Of a stretch of 64,000 nucleotides of DNA, positions 1-15,234 are shown piece after piece (within the stretch, counting starts at the first letter, position 1; every line of letters begins with the position of its first letter). Both the position numbers and the translations under genes were made by a program. This DNA comes from the human T2T-CHM13v2.0 reference genome, Homo sapiens. The DNA is taken from the NCBI RefSeq assembly GCF_009914755.1, contig NC_060929.1; one strand, given 5' to 3'. The notes under the pieces are model-generated. The model saw only the letters and a program-made list of their open reading frames with translations. It did not search any database and was not told where the DNA came from.

Positions 1-351
1 ATGTTGGGAGCTAGTCCCTGGCTAGGTTGTAAAGCACCAAAAATGTTTCTTAGCTTTCCTTTCACCTTCTTCTCCCCATTTCCTCCAACTCACTAATCAT
101 TACATTTCTCCTACCCACCCAGAACTTTTCATGATGCTGTACCATCCAGATCTTCCTTCTTTTAGTCCTCCCCTATGGTCTTTTTGTCCTCTCCCTATCT
201 CGACTCAGATTTTCTCAGTGTTATGTCAAAATAAACACAAGAAACATCTGCATTAGGGAATCAGTGCCCAACAAAGTTTTTAAGTGTTAACCCCTTGTGT
301 CATGGATATTTGCATTTTTAAAGAGGTTACTGAGAGACAACTGTGGCTTAA

Positions 352-638
352 TCAAGTGCTTCCCCAGAGAGTACCCTAGAATGCTAGCTCTCAGAAAAGA
401 TGTTTCATGACAAATATATACTTTGATTAATTAATTTAGGGAAGTGTTGAATGTTGCATGACCCTTTTAGAGATTCACAATGTACATAAGTATATTAAAG
501 ATTCTAAAAAGTTTTGCAATAAGAAAGTCTAATAATGATAACCTGACATTTCTCAAAACCTATTTGACCATGAAATCCTTTTCATCTTATAACACCCCAC
601 AGCACACTTCATGAAACATTTTCTTTGGGAAGATGCTA
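352..638. mobile_element. Old non-autonomous hAT-Charlie DNA transposon (MER-type; subfamily uncertain)
   Basis: Degenerate cagtg/cagcg-tttccc-type termini and an internal ttagagattcacaatg..atattaaag motif; a related copy lies at ~40730-40925. Confidence 0.5.
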
Positions 639-707
639 CCTTAATAAAGAGAACTCATTATGTATTAGTGAGCTAATTCCTGGGCAAAGGATTTTAATGG
701 GGGTTGA

Positions 708-881
<174 letters not shown>

Positions 882-1168
882 TAAGTAATTGTGCACATGG
901 GAACTTCTTCTCTACCACCCTCTTGCCCTGCCAGGATGCCTAGGGCACAGGAACTTGAGTAATTTTCTTTTGTGACTCATCTGTGTGAGCTCTCCATTCT
1001 CTAACAAAATCTAACCTATGCTTGGGTTATTTGGATATCATTAAAAATGTGGAATACCCATAGGTTTGGATGAATGCCTTATGGTTGCAGTGGTACCTGG
1101 AAGTGCTCATTCATCCATTCAGCTAGCGTGCTCTCATTTCTTGAGTGGACACCAGGACTTAAAGGCTA

Positions 1169-1487
<319 letters not shown>

Positions 1488-2032
1488 GCGGGGGAGCTAC
1501 ACAGAAGAAAGTGCACATGCCAAGTAGCTCAGTCTGGTTTGGGTGTAGGGAGAGGGTGAGAGATAGGAGATGATGCCACAGGGAGTTTGGTGGGGACCAG
1601 TTTGTGAAGGGGCCTTGAAAGTCAGGCCAAGTAATTTGAAGTCTGCCCTATGGTAAAGAAGAAACATAGAAAGTTCCTAAGCAAACTTAGAGTTCTGTGA
1701 TATTACAAGAGCATGTTCTATAGAAAGAAAAAGTTGAAAAAAAAGACATTATTGCCACCATTATTCCCCATTATTCCCACTTGTAGCCTGATTGTGACTA
1801 GTTCTCCTAGTCAAAAGATTTTTTTTTCCTCCCTATCTTTTTCTTTGCTGGCTTTTTATGAGCAGGAAATACTTATTAATTCCCTGTAATAAATATAATT
1901 TTTATGCAGAGTTATCTTTATGCTTACAAATGAGTAAGTGAGCTTGGCTCTACTACCACCTTTAACCTTTGATTGAATGCCTTATAATTTACTGAGCAAA
2001 CTAATTACCATGATGAAAGAGATGTATTTTGA

Positions 2033-2188
<156 letters not shown>

Positions 2189-2861
2189 TGAGTACTTGTT
2201 ATGTAAGAGTGATTGATTAGCTCTGCAATTCCTCTGGGATACAACAGTATTTTTACTGTAGGAGAAACTCGTTTAAAAAATTATAACCAGCTGTCGATCA
2301 AAAACAGCTCAAGAATCCAACCTAGAGAGTAATGAATATGTAATAATTGTACCCTCTAAGTTCATTTGGGAAAAAAAAGAAATCTTAACAGGTTGCAGAG
2401 TTATGTTTAACCAGTAAATGTGATTTGAGGCTCTTCTGTGTTTCATCTAACATTCTTCATTTGATTTGAAATATGGTGAACATTTTCCAGCAATCTATAT
2501 CCAATGTTAGAGGGCCTGGGAGCAGGAAGGGCAGAACTCAGGGAGTCTGACATTTACTTGGCTCTTGTAGGTTGTACATGGCCAATAAGCTGGTATTTGC
2601 AGTTGACCTGTCTGTCCTTGAGATCCTAGTAGCCAAAAAGTGAGCTGATGTATTAGAGTACCTTAGAAGATTTTGATGGTCAGTATCACAGAGGCCAGCT
2701 GCCTTTTTGAAGGGCTTTGGAGAGGAAGGTATTCAAATGCAATTTATAGAAGAACAATTCATGTTCATCTTGGCCATAGGGCAAAGTTAGGTAGAGGATT
2801 GTTTGTGTGTAATCAGGTTGGTTGTGTGTGATGGAAAATAAGAAAAACATTCAAGGAAAGT

Positions 2862-3270
2862 ATTGTCTGGATTCTTAGTGCAAACAAAGAACACGCAACT
2901 GAAACTGACTTAGGGAGAAATGAGACTTTATTTCACATCATTGAAAAACCAAGGGTGTAGTCGGCCTCAGGCATGGCTGAGTCCAGATGCTCAGCGTTAT
3001 TGGGATAGTCTCTGTCTGTCTAGATCTGGACTCTGCTTTCTTTTTGTTGATTGTCTTATAAGGCAAGTTTTCCGACGCAGAGGCTGCTAGAATCCTCAAG
3101 TTTACATTCTACCAGTGGAAGCAACTCTATGTTCCTTGTTGTCCTAGCAAAACCCTATGCCAAGAACTGTTTTGGGTCTTGTATAGTTGTGGTCATGTGT
3201 GCATTACTGGAGTCATAGCCAGGTCAGCCACTTATGGTGTGGACTTGTTATTTTAGAGATGAGTTCTCAA
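2862..3270. mobile_element. Degenerate MaLR LTR (MLT1-like)
   Basis: Resembles MLT1 motifs (aactgaaactgacttagg...ctcaggcatggctgagtccagatgctca). Confidence 0.45.
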
Positions 3271-3284
3271 AAGAAACTTGAATT

Positions 3285-3330
3285 AGCCTGGGCAACAAAG
3301 CAAGACTCTGACTCTTAAAAAAAAAAAAAA
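3285..3330 (+). mobile_element. 5'-truncated Alu 3' end with poly(A)
   Basis: agcctgggcaacaaagcaagactct followed by an A-run. Confidence 0.75.
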
Positions 3331-3900
3331 GACCATCATTGTGATTGTGATCATGACAATGGATGGGCTGCTAAAGCTTTATATTTGACAGTGCATCTGA
3401 AACAGGCAATCATTTGGGATTCTCTTAACACATTCTTTGAGATTTCAGGTTATGAATAGAAAGATGTGAGTGTCTTGAACCATGCGACAGAACAAATGCA
3501 CTTAGGTCATTCTGAAAGTGAAGTGTCTGTTTCAGATTCCTCTGGCTTGTCATTTAGTCAAGTCTGAGTCGGGTATTCTAGGTTTGAGAGATACTTCTCA
3601 GTGATTTGGGAAAACCAATGAGACTCCAGTGAATCTAAGAGTGATTTTCTTGGAGGAGTTCAAGAATTCAGACATTGCAGTTACAGCTTAAAAGTCAAGG
3701 ATATCTTATCCCATCTTCCAAGTGAGAATGTTTTATGTATAAGTAGAATATGTCTTTTCTACTTCTCAGACCTTTTCAGTTCTTCCTTTTGGTGTATTTA
3801 TTTTATTGCTTCTCCTCTCTCCTATATTTCTTTCCTTTTCCATCCCTTCCTCCCTCCCTTTCTTCCTTCCTTCCTTCCATTTTTTCCTTCCATTTTCAAG

Positions 3901-4417
<517 letters not shown>

Positions 4418-5566
4418 AGTATAACTCTCTCATGTCTTACGTCTGTTAGTTTTTGTGTTTTCCATCTACTGGGACAAAATACATTTGTGCATTTGTTTTG
4501 CTCTTCTCTGCCTCAAGGCATATAATCTTGCAGAACCCCTAACTCTTTAACTGGTGTAAATTCAGTGCTGCTGTGACGTAAATGCTAAGTGACTTTTGGC
4601 TTATTCAGGAGCAGGGTGATCTGTTATTCCTTGCTGTATCCCTAGAATAGCAGCACATCACTGACATTTGGTCAGGAGAGGTCTCTAAAGCAACCCAAGC
4701 CTAATCTTGAATCCTTCCTCATGAACAGAAATGTAGGCTGACCTGCAAAGACGGTCTAGGACCTCATGCTAGGAGAAGGTAGGTTTTGTGTCTTGTTCTT
4801 TTTAGAATCTTTAGCAATGATCTGCTCTCCAGTGGAGTCTCTAGGGCATTGGGAAGCTATTGGGGTATTTCTCCATACGAGGGGGCATCTTCTGTGGGAA
4901 ACTAGAAAACAGAAGTTTCAATGCTTTGAGATGTCTAACCCAGCTGTTGGGAAATCAGAATCGAATTATTGGTTTGGGGCTAATTGTATCTGGTATTGTG
5001 TGTCTGTTTCCTGTGAATCCTTTATTCTCTTTCCCTGCTTGCATAACTGCAGCGGATCTAGCTCCCATTATTTGTTCCCTTGCCATTATTTTTTGCACAT
5101 CCTGCCCAGGAACACTTGCAAGGGCTAAGGATTTTCCTGTGTCAGTATGCAACGTATAGTTGGGTAAGGAAAGAAGAGTCGTTGTGGAGAAGGGGTGGAA
5201 TTTTTATTTTACTATATTGTTCAGAAGGATTCATTTTTATCTATAGCCAAAGAAAGAAGAGAGTGAGTTCCTTGTCCCTCGCTTCTTGTGTCACTAGCTC
5301 CTGAGTCAAAGTCTGGATCAAGTGTCTCTGATTAGGCACATGCCAGTGCTGTAGCTGCAAAGGAAGCTGGCAGAGCAGGTTCTAGCTTCTGCCACAGGGA
5401 GGCAGTCTTATGAGTAATTCCTAAATTATAGGAAGTGTGTCTGAAAGATGCTGGTGGCCATAAATATGTCCAATATCCACTAGGCTTTTGTAGAATGACT
5501 GAGCTCCTGGGAGGTATTGAGCATTGTAAGGAACATTCAGAAAGAGTTGAAGTGATAATCTTCTAC

Positions 5567-5776
5567 GATTCAGCTTCTTTACAAAGCCCCTTGCAGTGCC
5601 TTTAATCCTGAAGCTCAGACAACCAGCTGTGCAGATGCCCAAGGTTTCTGAGCTTGTGGAATTACACAAAGTTTGGAGCAGACCATGCTTCCCTGTTCCA
5701 TGTGATGGACACTAAGCAGCTCCCTGTCCTACTGGCAGGCACAGAGAATCAGACTGCAGAGTTAGGATAACTCTCT
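5567..5776 (+). repeat. Dispersed direct repeat, copy 2 (~210 bp)
   Basis: Aligns to 3901-4109 at roughly 80-85% identity with small indels. Confidence 0.9.
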
Positions 5777-5899
5777 AAAAGGGAGAGGAACCAGAACACT
5801 GTGCTGCAACAGGAGTTGCTCCCACTTGTCTCTGCTCCTCACAGATCCTCATGCTGCCCCAGGCTAGAGTGCAAGGGGCAGCATGGAGTAAGAGTTATG

Positions 5900-7470
5900 A
5901 GGAGATGTTCATGCAGGACAGACAATGGGTATAGTGGTATCTCTGCCTCTATAAGTACCTGGGTTAGTGATTGAATCAGCCTCTCTGAGCCTCAGCATCC
6001 TCATCTATAAATGGGGATAAACCAGTTCATTGTGTTTCAATGATGAAATGAGATTATGGGTACAAAGTGCTCCATGCAATATCTGGTACTTATTTCATAA
6101 ATTTAATAAATGTTAGCTGGTATCATGTTTTCACTTAGGAGAAACAGCAAGGGTGCTTTTTTCAAAAACTCAGATTTAAATTATTAAGAAGAAATTCCAG
6201 GGTCTTGATTCAAGCTTAAAATTTGACTTACTACTCATACTATCCTAAACATTTCTTACAGTTTATTTCTCTGGAGGCAGGGATAACTTTTACCAGGTGT
6301 CTGTGCTTTTTGAGGACCACAATGTGGTACTCTCCTGGCCCCAGGAATTCACGCTGGTCTACTGCTAGCCCTCACTGGGTGGTCCTGATTCTGTGTGTTG
6401 CTCTTATTTCCTCTGTGAGTGTGATCAGGCCCCTCTGGCCAGAGCAGCTGTGGTGCCCGGGTCTCTGGCCCCTGCTTGCTATGCCTGCTTTTCTTTGCAT
6501 CCTGCCTTCTGCTCTTATTACAGACCTGCTTATTTGGGTCTTGCTTCCTTCCCCATCTCCATTTAACCCTGATCTCCTGCTTCCACAAACTCCTCCTTCA
6601 CCAGCCCCAGCTCCAGCTCATTTGCTTATGAGAAACTGCCAGCTCAGAGGTGAAAGGCACAGTCTCCAAAGCCAAGTCTGCTTGGGTGTGAATTCTGAGT
6701 TGGAATCTTGCCATTACATTTACTAGCATTTACAACCTTGGACAAATTATTTAATCTGCCTAAAGCTCAATTTCCTCATATGTAACACGGTCATAATAGT
6801 ACCTACCATACAGGGTTGGTGTACAGACTAAGTGAGCCCAATGGATGTAAGGTACTTACTTAGCACAGTGCTGGTCACATAGCCAGTATACATGGTTATT
6901 CACTTATCATCTTCAGCAGTCTTCACAAAAATTCTACGGAGGACCCCATTTTCTGACTTTATCTCCTGCTACTCCTCACTCACTTTGTGCCAACCACACT
7001 GGACTTGCTGTGGCTCAAGCTCCTTCCTTCCTTGAAGACCTTTGCACCCTTCCCCAGATCCATTTGTTAACTCCCTCACCATTTTTATATCTTTGCTCAA
7101 ACCTCTCTTTCACTACCCTATTTAAAATTGCAACCCCTGTCCCGAGCACTGCTGATTTCTCTCTTCCTTTTGATGTCTTTTTCTCCCCATAGAACTAAAC
7201 ATGGCATACTATATAGTAATCATGCTTTTGTTGACTGTCCCTTCCTTGCTGGAATGTCAGATCCATCAGTACAGGAACCTTTGACTGTTTTGTACTCTGT
7301 GGTACACTAAAGCAACTAGAATGTAGTAAGCACTCATTAAGTATGAAATTGGACACCATTTCTAGCCCCCTTTCACAAAGAAGGAGACTGAGGCTTAGAG
7401 TCAAGCTCAATGATCACACAGCTAAGAAATATAGCAGAGTGAGGCTTTGCACTCTGCCTCATCTGATGAA
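5900..7470. mobile_element. Cluster of MIR and L2 fragments interspersed with unique sequence
   Basis: MIR cores (ctctgagcctcag..ctcatctataaatgggg at ~5980; ctcaatttcctcatatgtaa at ~6765; gactgaggcttagag at ~7385) and an L2 3' end at ~7000-7350. Confidence 0.6.
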
Positions 7471-8868
7471 GCAAATGTGAGAACCTGATCATTTTTCTGG
7501 GCCATGCAAATGTGAAGTCTGGCTGGCCATGTTGAGGGGCTGTCCTGAGGGAGGGCGACTCTGACTGGAGGGGCTGACGTACTGAGTGACATTAGGGGCT
7601 GCTGAGAGGCACATGGCTCCTTGGGTTTCAGTGCTAGGAAGCATGGTAACATCCCTAAGTGCAGTAGGAATTCTGCAAACAACAACAACAAGATGAGCTG
7701 GAGCAGGAGTGGTCAGGAAAGGCATCCTTGCTGTTATAGTGAAGCTATTCAGGCAAATGTGACTTTGTCTTCATCCCCAGGGAATGAATAAAGAAAAGTT
7801 GACACAGGGCAGGCCAGGTGAGCTCACACTCCTTGGGAACAAGTCACTGGTTGGGGAGAGAAAAATTGCACTCTGTGTCCTGATGGGAGCTTCAGCACCT
7901 GGAAGCTTCATCCTGCTCCCTACCCCCGAGAGCCGAGAAAGCCTGCCCTGGTGTGCACAGTTCCACTGGCCTGCACTGGAGCTGCCACCACATTAACAAG
8001 GGCATCTCAGGAGCATGGTTCGCAGCTCAGCGACGCCTCCAGTCTAGCTTACCTCACCCAGGGCCAGACGTGATTGCCCTTTCTCTAATTGCCTTCAGCA
8101 TCAATGACCAGACCCCAGACACCGGCTTTCTGGTACTTTCTTTTGTCTTTTTTTTTTTTTTCTTATTTGCCTATTTATTTATTCCGTGCCACCCTACCAA
8201 TCAACCTCCACCTTATCCCCTCCCACCAGCTCAGTTTCTTCCTATGTAAATATTGCATAGTAGTTTACCCTCTAGGTCATGAATATGTTAGGCAGCAAGA
8301 TTGTCTGAATAAAGCTCAGGGCAAGTCAGTGTAGCTTGCAGTCGGAGGGAGCACATAAGCCTCTGCCTTTTGAAACAAATATGAATTTAACTCAGAGGTG
8401 CTTGCCAGTGTGATTTGTTTTTATTGTTCATGTATGAATAAATATTAAAATGTAATCATCTGTTTATGCCGAGCATGAGCTGAAATGCCTGTGACATTGA
8501 GATTCCTGTTTCTTCTGCGTGTAATTTGTTTGCATATTAATGCCATTTATTTCTGTGTAAGCCTCTGTTTTTGGTTTTGAATATAATTTCACTTTTTGAA
8601 GACAGTAATGGCTTAGTAAACTGAACAATTGCAGTTAATGGAACTATTTTATGATAGCATTAACTTGGCGTCAGATCAGGATGAAAGAGAAAACTGTCAC
8701 CGAAAGGATATCATCAAACAGTGACTTCTCTTTATTATTTATTTTATGAATTGCTGCAGTACTCAGGGAAAGCTAAACAGCCTTTCTCATGAACATATGT
8801 GAAAGTGGTTTGTCAACTGTTAAGTAAGTTGCCTGATTATAACATGAAATTGTGCATATGCATGAGCT

Positions 8869-9971
8869 GTTTTTTCTTTTTATTTATTTATTTATTTATT
8901 ATTTTTCTTTTTTAAAATTATATCTTAAGTTCTAGGGTACATGTGCACAAAGTGCACATTTGTTACATAGGTATACATGTGCCATGTTGGTTTGCTGCAC
9001 CCATCAGCTCATCATTTACATTAGGTATTTCTCCTAATGCTATTCCTCCCCCAGCCCCCAACCCCCGACAGGCCCCGGTGTGTGATGTTCCCCACCATGT
9101 GTCCATGTGTTCTCATTGTTCACCTCTCACCTATGAGTGAGAACATGCGGTGTTTGGTTTTCTCTCCTTGCGATAGTTTGCTTAGAATGATGGTTTCCAG
9201 CTTCATTCATGTCCCTGCAAAGGACATGAACTCATCCTTTTTTATGGCTGCATAGTATTCCATGGTGTATATGTGCCACATTTTTAAATCCAGTCTATCA
9301 TTGATGGACATTTGGGTTGGTTCCAAGTCTTTGCTATTGTGAATAGTGCTGCAATAAAAAATACATGTGCATGTGTCTTTATAGCAGCATGATTTATAAT
9401 CCTTTGGGTACATACCCAGTAATGGGATCCCTGGGTCAAATGGTGTTTCTGGTTCTAGATCCTTGAGGAATCGCCACACTGTCTTCCACAATGATTGAAC
9501 TAATTTACACTCCCACCAAGAGTGTAAAAGTGTTCCTATTTCTCCACATCCTCTCCAGCATCTGTTGTTTCCTGACTTTTTAATGATCGCCATTCTAACT
9601 GGTGTGAGATGGTATCTCATTGTGGTTTTGATTTGCATTTCCCTAATGACCAGTGATAATGAGCATTTTTTTCATGTTTGTTGGCTGCATAAATGTCTTC
9701 TTTTGAGAAGTGTCTGTTTATATACTTTGCCCACTTTTTGATGGGGTTGTTTGATTTTTTCTTGTAAATTTGTTTAAGTTCTTTGTAGATTCTGCATATT
9801 AGCCCTTTGTCAGATAGGAAGATTGTAAAAATTTTCTCCCGTTCTGTAGGTTGCCTGTTCACTCTGATGGTAGTTTCTTTTGCTGTGCAGAAGCTCTTTA
9901 GTTTAATTAGATCCCATTTGTCTATTTTGGCTTTTTTTGCCATTGCTTTTGGTGTTTTAGTCATGAAGTCT
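8869..9971 (-). mobile_element. 5'-truncated L1PA (ORF2 C-terminus plus 3'UTR), antisense, with TSD
   Basis: ORFs 9207-9638 and 9617-9964 translate to L1 ORF2 C-terminal peptides ([21 protein letters not shown]..., [18 protein letters not shown]). TSD tatgcatga(g/a)ct at 8857-8868 and 9972-9983, with a TT/AAAA endonuclease site. Confidence 0.95.
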
Positions 9972-10335
9972 TATGCATGAACTTTTAAATAGTTCTCTGT
10001 TCCCTTTGCCTATGGAAATATTAGTAAATATTTATTGGGCACCTATTATGTGCTAGGCACTTTGTTAAGTCATGGGGACCCTGAAATTAGTAAGTCAGCC
10101 TTCCTCAAGTATTGGCAATGTAGTGGACAAGATAAACATGCATCCCAGCAATCAAATCACAGTTGCCTGGGATAAGCAATGATCAGTGATGCAATATCAC
10201 AGTGGAGGCCTGGAAATTGTTCTTGTGGGAGCAGACAGATTTGAATGACAAACCTTACCTTGGGAGGATCAGTAATTCTTCTCAGAGGAGGTGATGTTTC
10301 AAACTAGACATTGAAATGTATTTAAGAAGCCAGGC

Positions 10336-10500
10336 TAGCCAGGTGCGGTGGCTACTGGAGAGGCTGAGGTGAAAGAATTGCTTGAACTGGGGGGTGGAGG
10401 TTGCAGTGAGCTGAGATCGTGCCACTGCACTCCAGTCTGAGTGATAGAGTGCGACCCTGTCTCAAAAAAAAAAAAAAGAAAAAAGAAAGAAAGAAAAGAA
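10336..10500 (+). mobile_element. Internally deleted or monomeric Alu with A-rich tail
   Basis: Alu 5' start gccaggtgcggtggct joins directly to right-monomer sequence; flanked by aagaagccag/aaggagccag. Confidence 0.85.
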
Positions 10501-11229
10501 AAGGAGCCAGTCCATGGGACGAAAGAGACTCTCTAATTCTAAATACAATCTGTGAAATAGAACTTCCAATGACTCCTGCTTCTCTTCAGTATCATTTATG
10601 AAGCCTCTCCTCTGTGCTTGGCCCTGCATTGCTTTTTACTCCACCTCACTTAATACAACAACGCTGCAAAGCATAGGTATTATGATGTTCATTATATAAA
10701 AGAGAAAATGAGGCTCAGAAAGGTACAGAAAGTGACTCCAGGTCACACTCTAGATGTCGGCGGGGAGGGATCTGACACTCAAGCTGAGGTTCTTGCTGTT
10801 GTGCTGTACCCACACACGAATGTCATGTTTGTGGAGAAGAGTAGCTAGTGAATGAAGCCGTGGTGGTGGAGGGGGGCCTGATGCATCTGGAGAGGTGGCT
10901 TGAAGCTGAATTGTGAAACACCTTGAATGTCAGACCCAGCAGCTTGACGTCATCCTGTATCCAGGGGGATTTTGATGTAGATCCTACCTTTTACTCTTAG
11001 AGAGCACACAGTGAGTGCCCCAGTAGGTGTACACACTAAGCTATTGGGATCAGATAAAACTATTAAAATTATTTTATCTCACATGAAGACATTAAACTTA
11101 TAAACACTTAATTTAGACTAGCAGATGGATATCATTTATAAATAAATAAGCATCTATTGAGTTTTGTGCTTAAAATGAAAAAAAAAATTTTTTTCTCCAA
11201 GGAGCAGTTTGGAAACTTCTGCTTTTGGC

Positions 11230-12040
11230 GGTGGGGAGCCACTGAAGTTCTAAAGCAGGGGATTAACATGATTAGATTCATCTTTTGGATAGAGTACTGG
11301 GGAAGAAAGGTTAGTTCGTGGAAGATGAGATAGAAAGCAAGAGATGGAGACGGGTGATCAATGGTGAAGCTATCACAATAATCCAGGCAAGAGCTCTTGA
11401 ACTAAGGTAGTGACGGTGGTACTGGGGAAGAGGAGAGGAAGAAGATAAAGGTTTACAGATGAGGAGATGGCCAGAACTAATTGAATGTAGGAATGGAATT
11501 CAAGGAGAGGGCCAAGCCAGATGATCTGACTCTGGACTTTCTGGTCCATTTGACCTGGCATTGCAAACCAGCATGAGAAATACAGGGGAGTAGTGGGTTT
11601 TTATAGTGTATTGGGTTTGGGACATAAAATGTTTGAGGTGTTTATTGGCAGAACCGGATGAAAATGTATAGCAGGCAGTTAGATACAGATTAGGAGTTCA
11701 GGAGAATGGAGACACAGTTTTGGTTGAAATTGATCCAAAGAGATATTTGAAGCTATAGCACAAGGTGAGTAATACTATAAAACTCAGAATGAAACCCAGG
11801 GAGTCAGCCCATTGAAGGGATGGGTGAAAAAAGGGTCCCACTGAAAGCTGGATTAGGGACATAGGATAACAGGCAGAAAGGATTGTCATTCCAGGAACCA
11901 GGAAGGACAGTGTTTCAAGGAGGGAGTGTCGGCAGTGTCAGGTGCTACAGGGAGATCATGGGACTGGAAACTGATTAGAGGCATGATATTTTGCAATAGA
12001 AGGTCATTGTTAAGTTAGCCAACCCTTTCCCAGAGCTTAG
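11230..12040. mobile_element. L2 fragment
   Basis: Purine-rich L2 motifs (gggtttggacataaaatgtttgaggtg..., gtttcaaggagggagtg.. gtgtcaggtgct). Confidence 0.65.
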
Positions 12041-13335
12041 CATCTTTCCTAATATCTGGTCCAAAGGCCATCAGAGCAAGGGGTCAAAGTTTGAAGTGCA
12101 TTTGATTTCCTCTTATCTGTTTGTGAATTACCTACATTTGGATTGCCTTTTTCCAGGGTGTAATCCTAGACTGACTTCCCCCATCCATCCTTCAGAATCT
12201 GGGGAAAATTTCATACTTCACTCATAGCAAAGCGTAAGACACTGGTCTTGTCTGCTTCCACCTCCCTTTAAATGGTGTGGAATGAGGCTATCCTGTGCTG
12301 TAGACAATTAAGGGTAAGGCTGTGGAGGACACAGATATTCATTCTTTTAGGTTGAAATGGTAAACTATTTCCTCTGATTGTTAACTCATTATTGGAAATC
12401 TGGGAGCTAGATTGCTGGTTGAACCCTTGCCTGAGAGCAAAGATGGCTATTTCTGTCAAATGCTGAGGCTGACAGTTGCTCAGAGAATGACTTGGGTGGG
12501 AGAGCAATTTACTGAATAAACGTGTAGATTTAGAAACTGCATTTGCAAATCCCCTGTAACGAAATATGAACATACCGGATAAGAAGGGTCTAGTTTGCCA
12601 GAAGGGTGAAATTTGCCATGCTAACGCAATTGTCAGGGATGCTAAGTGCAATTGGTATGACTAGACGTACTTTGTGATCTTCGTCAAATGTACTTGAGGC
12701 AGGCATCACCCCGAAGGAGAATTTGTTTCCTTAGTAGAAAATAATATATTGCTCACTCATTGGGCTTGTTATTTATTGTGTCTTTGGGGTGGAAGGAAGA
12801 TTGAAAAGGACTTCATCATGTGGCACATATGGTCACTGTCCTTCAAGTCTCTAAACTGGCCCCTCTACCTGGCAGATCTACTCTCCCACATACAGGAGAG
12901 ACATATAGCCTGCTACAGAGACACATTGATTTCATTCATTCATTTGTGTATTCAATAGTCACTTTTGAGTCTTACTATTTGGCCAAGTTCTATGCTAGGA
13001 GACTCTAGTGAAAAAGACAGATGGAGTGTCTTCTTCATGCTGCCCTTATATTATACTGGGGGAGATGGAAAAACATAGAGAAATGAATAAACCAAGTTGT
13101 TTCAAATGGTAATAAATGTCAGTGAAGGAATAAGCAAGTGTGTGGCTGAGACAGGGGTAGTGAGGGTGGGGGGTAGCAGAGTGCAGGGTATAGCACAGTG
13201 GTGAGGCTCTGGAGCCACACTGCCTGGGTTTGAATCCCAGTAACTGTGACCTTGGGCAAAGTCACTTCACCTCTGGGTCTTAGTTTCCTGGTCTAAAGTG
13301 GGGATTACCTCAGAATGTTATTGTGAGGGTTCTGA

Positions 13336-13680
<345 letters not shown>

Positions 13681-14271
13681 TGAATCAGCCATGCGATGGC
13701 TGGATGGGAGAAGGAGGTGCAGGGAGGAAAGCTATGAGCAAGTGCTCTCACAGGGTGAAGCTTTTCAGAAAGTTAGAGAAGACTGGTGCTGGGGGATGTA
13801 AGGTGAGCATAGGGGAGAACAGGAGAAAGATGAATTTGGACAGCGAGTCAGAGGCTACCATGCAGGGATTATTCTAGGCACATTGCAAACTGCTCAGAGG
13901 GGATTTAACTAAAAACGCTTGTATGGCAGGTAGCACGTATAATACTTGGGTGACAAGAAGGGTTTGTGTCATGGACCACACGTGTGTCGTAACCTCTACA
14001 AGTCTCTTTAGTTACCTCACTTAAGATATATAGGACATAAACTGTCCATTCTTTAATCATGCTAGATGGAGGATGGACATCCTGTGTTTCCTCAAATCAG
14101 TGAACAATCCCTAGAGTTCTAGCAATCGCTCAACTCCCTTAAGCATTTTTGTTCTACAGTCACCACACTTACTATTTTTAAGAGCCATTTATGTTTCAGC
14201 CACCATGAATTTTTGGTTACAGTTTTGAACAAGTTTATTTTTTAATTTTAGGTATATGATTATAGCTACCA

Positions 14272-14563
14272 CTCTCTCTCTCTCTCTTTTTTTTAGAGAC
14301 AAGGTCTTGCTCTGTTGCACAGGCTGAAGTACAGTGGCATGATCACAGCTCACTGTAGCCTTGAACTCCTGGGCTCAAGTGATCCTCCTGTTTTGGCCTC
14401 CCAAGTAGCTAGGACTAATGCCCAGCTAATTTTTAAATTTTTTTGTGGAGATGCAGTCTCACTGTGTTGCTGAGGCTGGTCTTGAACTTCTGGCCTCAAG
14501 TGATCCTCCCACCTCAGTCTCCCAAAATGCTGAGAGTACAGGTGTGAGCCACCACACCCAGCC
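14272..14563 (-). mobile_element. Alu (AluJ-like)
   Basis: Antisense Alu with AluJ-type diagnostic sequence (gaactcctgggctcaagtgatcctcc). Confidence 0.9.
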
Positions 14564-14607
14564 TTGCCACTTCTCAATGCTGTGTTAATGTATCGGTCTA
14601 AAGACCC

Positions 14608-14975
14608 TGATATGGTTTGGCTGTGTCCACACCCAAATCTCATCTTGAATTGTAACTCCCACAATTCCCATGTGTCCTGGGAGGAGCCCTATGGGAGGTG
14701 ATTGAATTACAGGGGTGGGTCTTTTCTGTGCTGTTCTCATGATAGTGAATGAGTCTCATGAGATCTGATGGTTTTAAAAACTGTAGTTTTCCTGCACAAG
14801 CTCCCTCTTTGCCTGCTGCCATCCGTGTAAAACGTGAGTTGCTTCTCCTTGCCTTTCCCCGTGATTGTGAGGCTTCCCCAGACACATGGAATGTAAGTCC
14901 ATTAAACCTCTTTCTTTTGTAAATGGCCTAGTCTCGGCTATGTCTTTATCAGCAACACGAAAACGGACTAATACA
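14608..14975 (+). mobile_element. THE1 (MaLR) solo LTR with perfect 5-bp TSD gaccc
   Basis: Starts tgatatggtttggctgtgtcc and ends ggactaataca; gaccc at 14603-14607 and 14976-14980. Confidence 0.92.
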
Positions 14976-15234
14976 GACCCTTATTCCTCAAAGTAACAGA
15001 TGCTATAAAAGCCATTTGATGTGATTATTAGCAGTCATTGTGCCCAGGTACATTCTTGTACACAAGTGTATTTTCCTCAGAATAAGGTTCTTCCAAAGTA
15101 TAATTTGCTGGGCTAAAGGGTATTAATTATTTTTTTCCTGAGTTCCTATCAGATGGACATTCTTTGGGGAAGGGCAAACTTGCATGTCTTGAGTGCCATA
15201 GGAGTGATAAAATGAAGAGCTTGCCTATATTTGG

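Noticed and set aside
6223-6726. 167-aa ORF
   Set aside because: Non-ATG start, low-complexity Leu/Pro composition, runs into a MIR and resembles no protein I know; a chance intronic ORF.
8300-8850. Repeat-free AT-rich block as a conserved non-coding element
   Set aside because: Conservation cannot be judged from one sequence, and no distinctive motif architecture was seen.
9207-9964. ORFs resembling a real protein
   Set aside because: Frameshifted L1 ORF2 C-terminal remnants of a truncated element, not a host gene.
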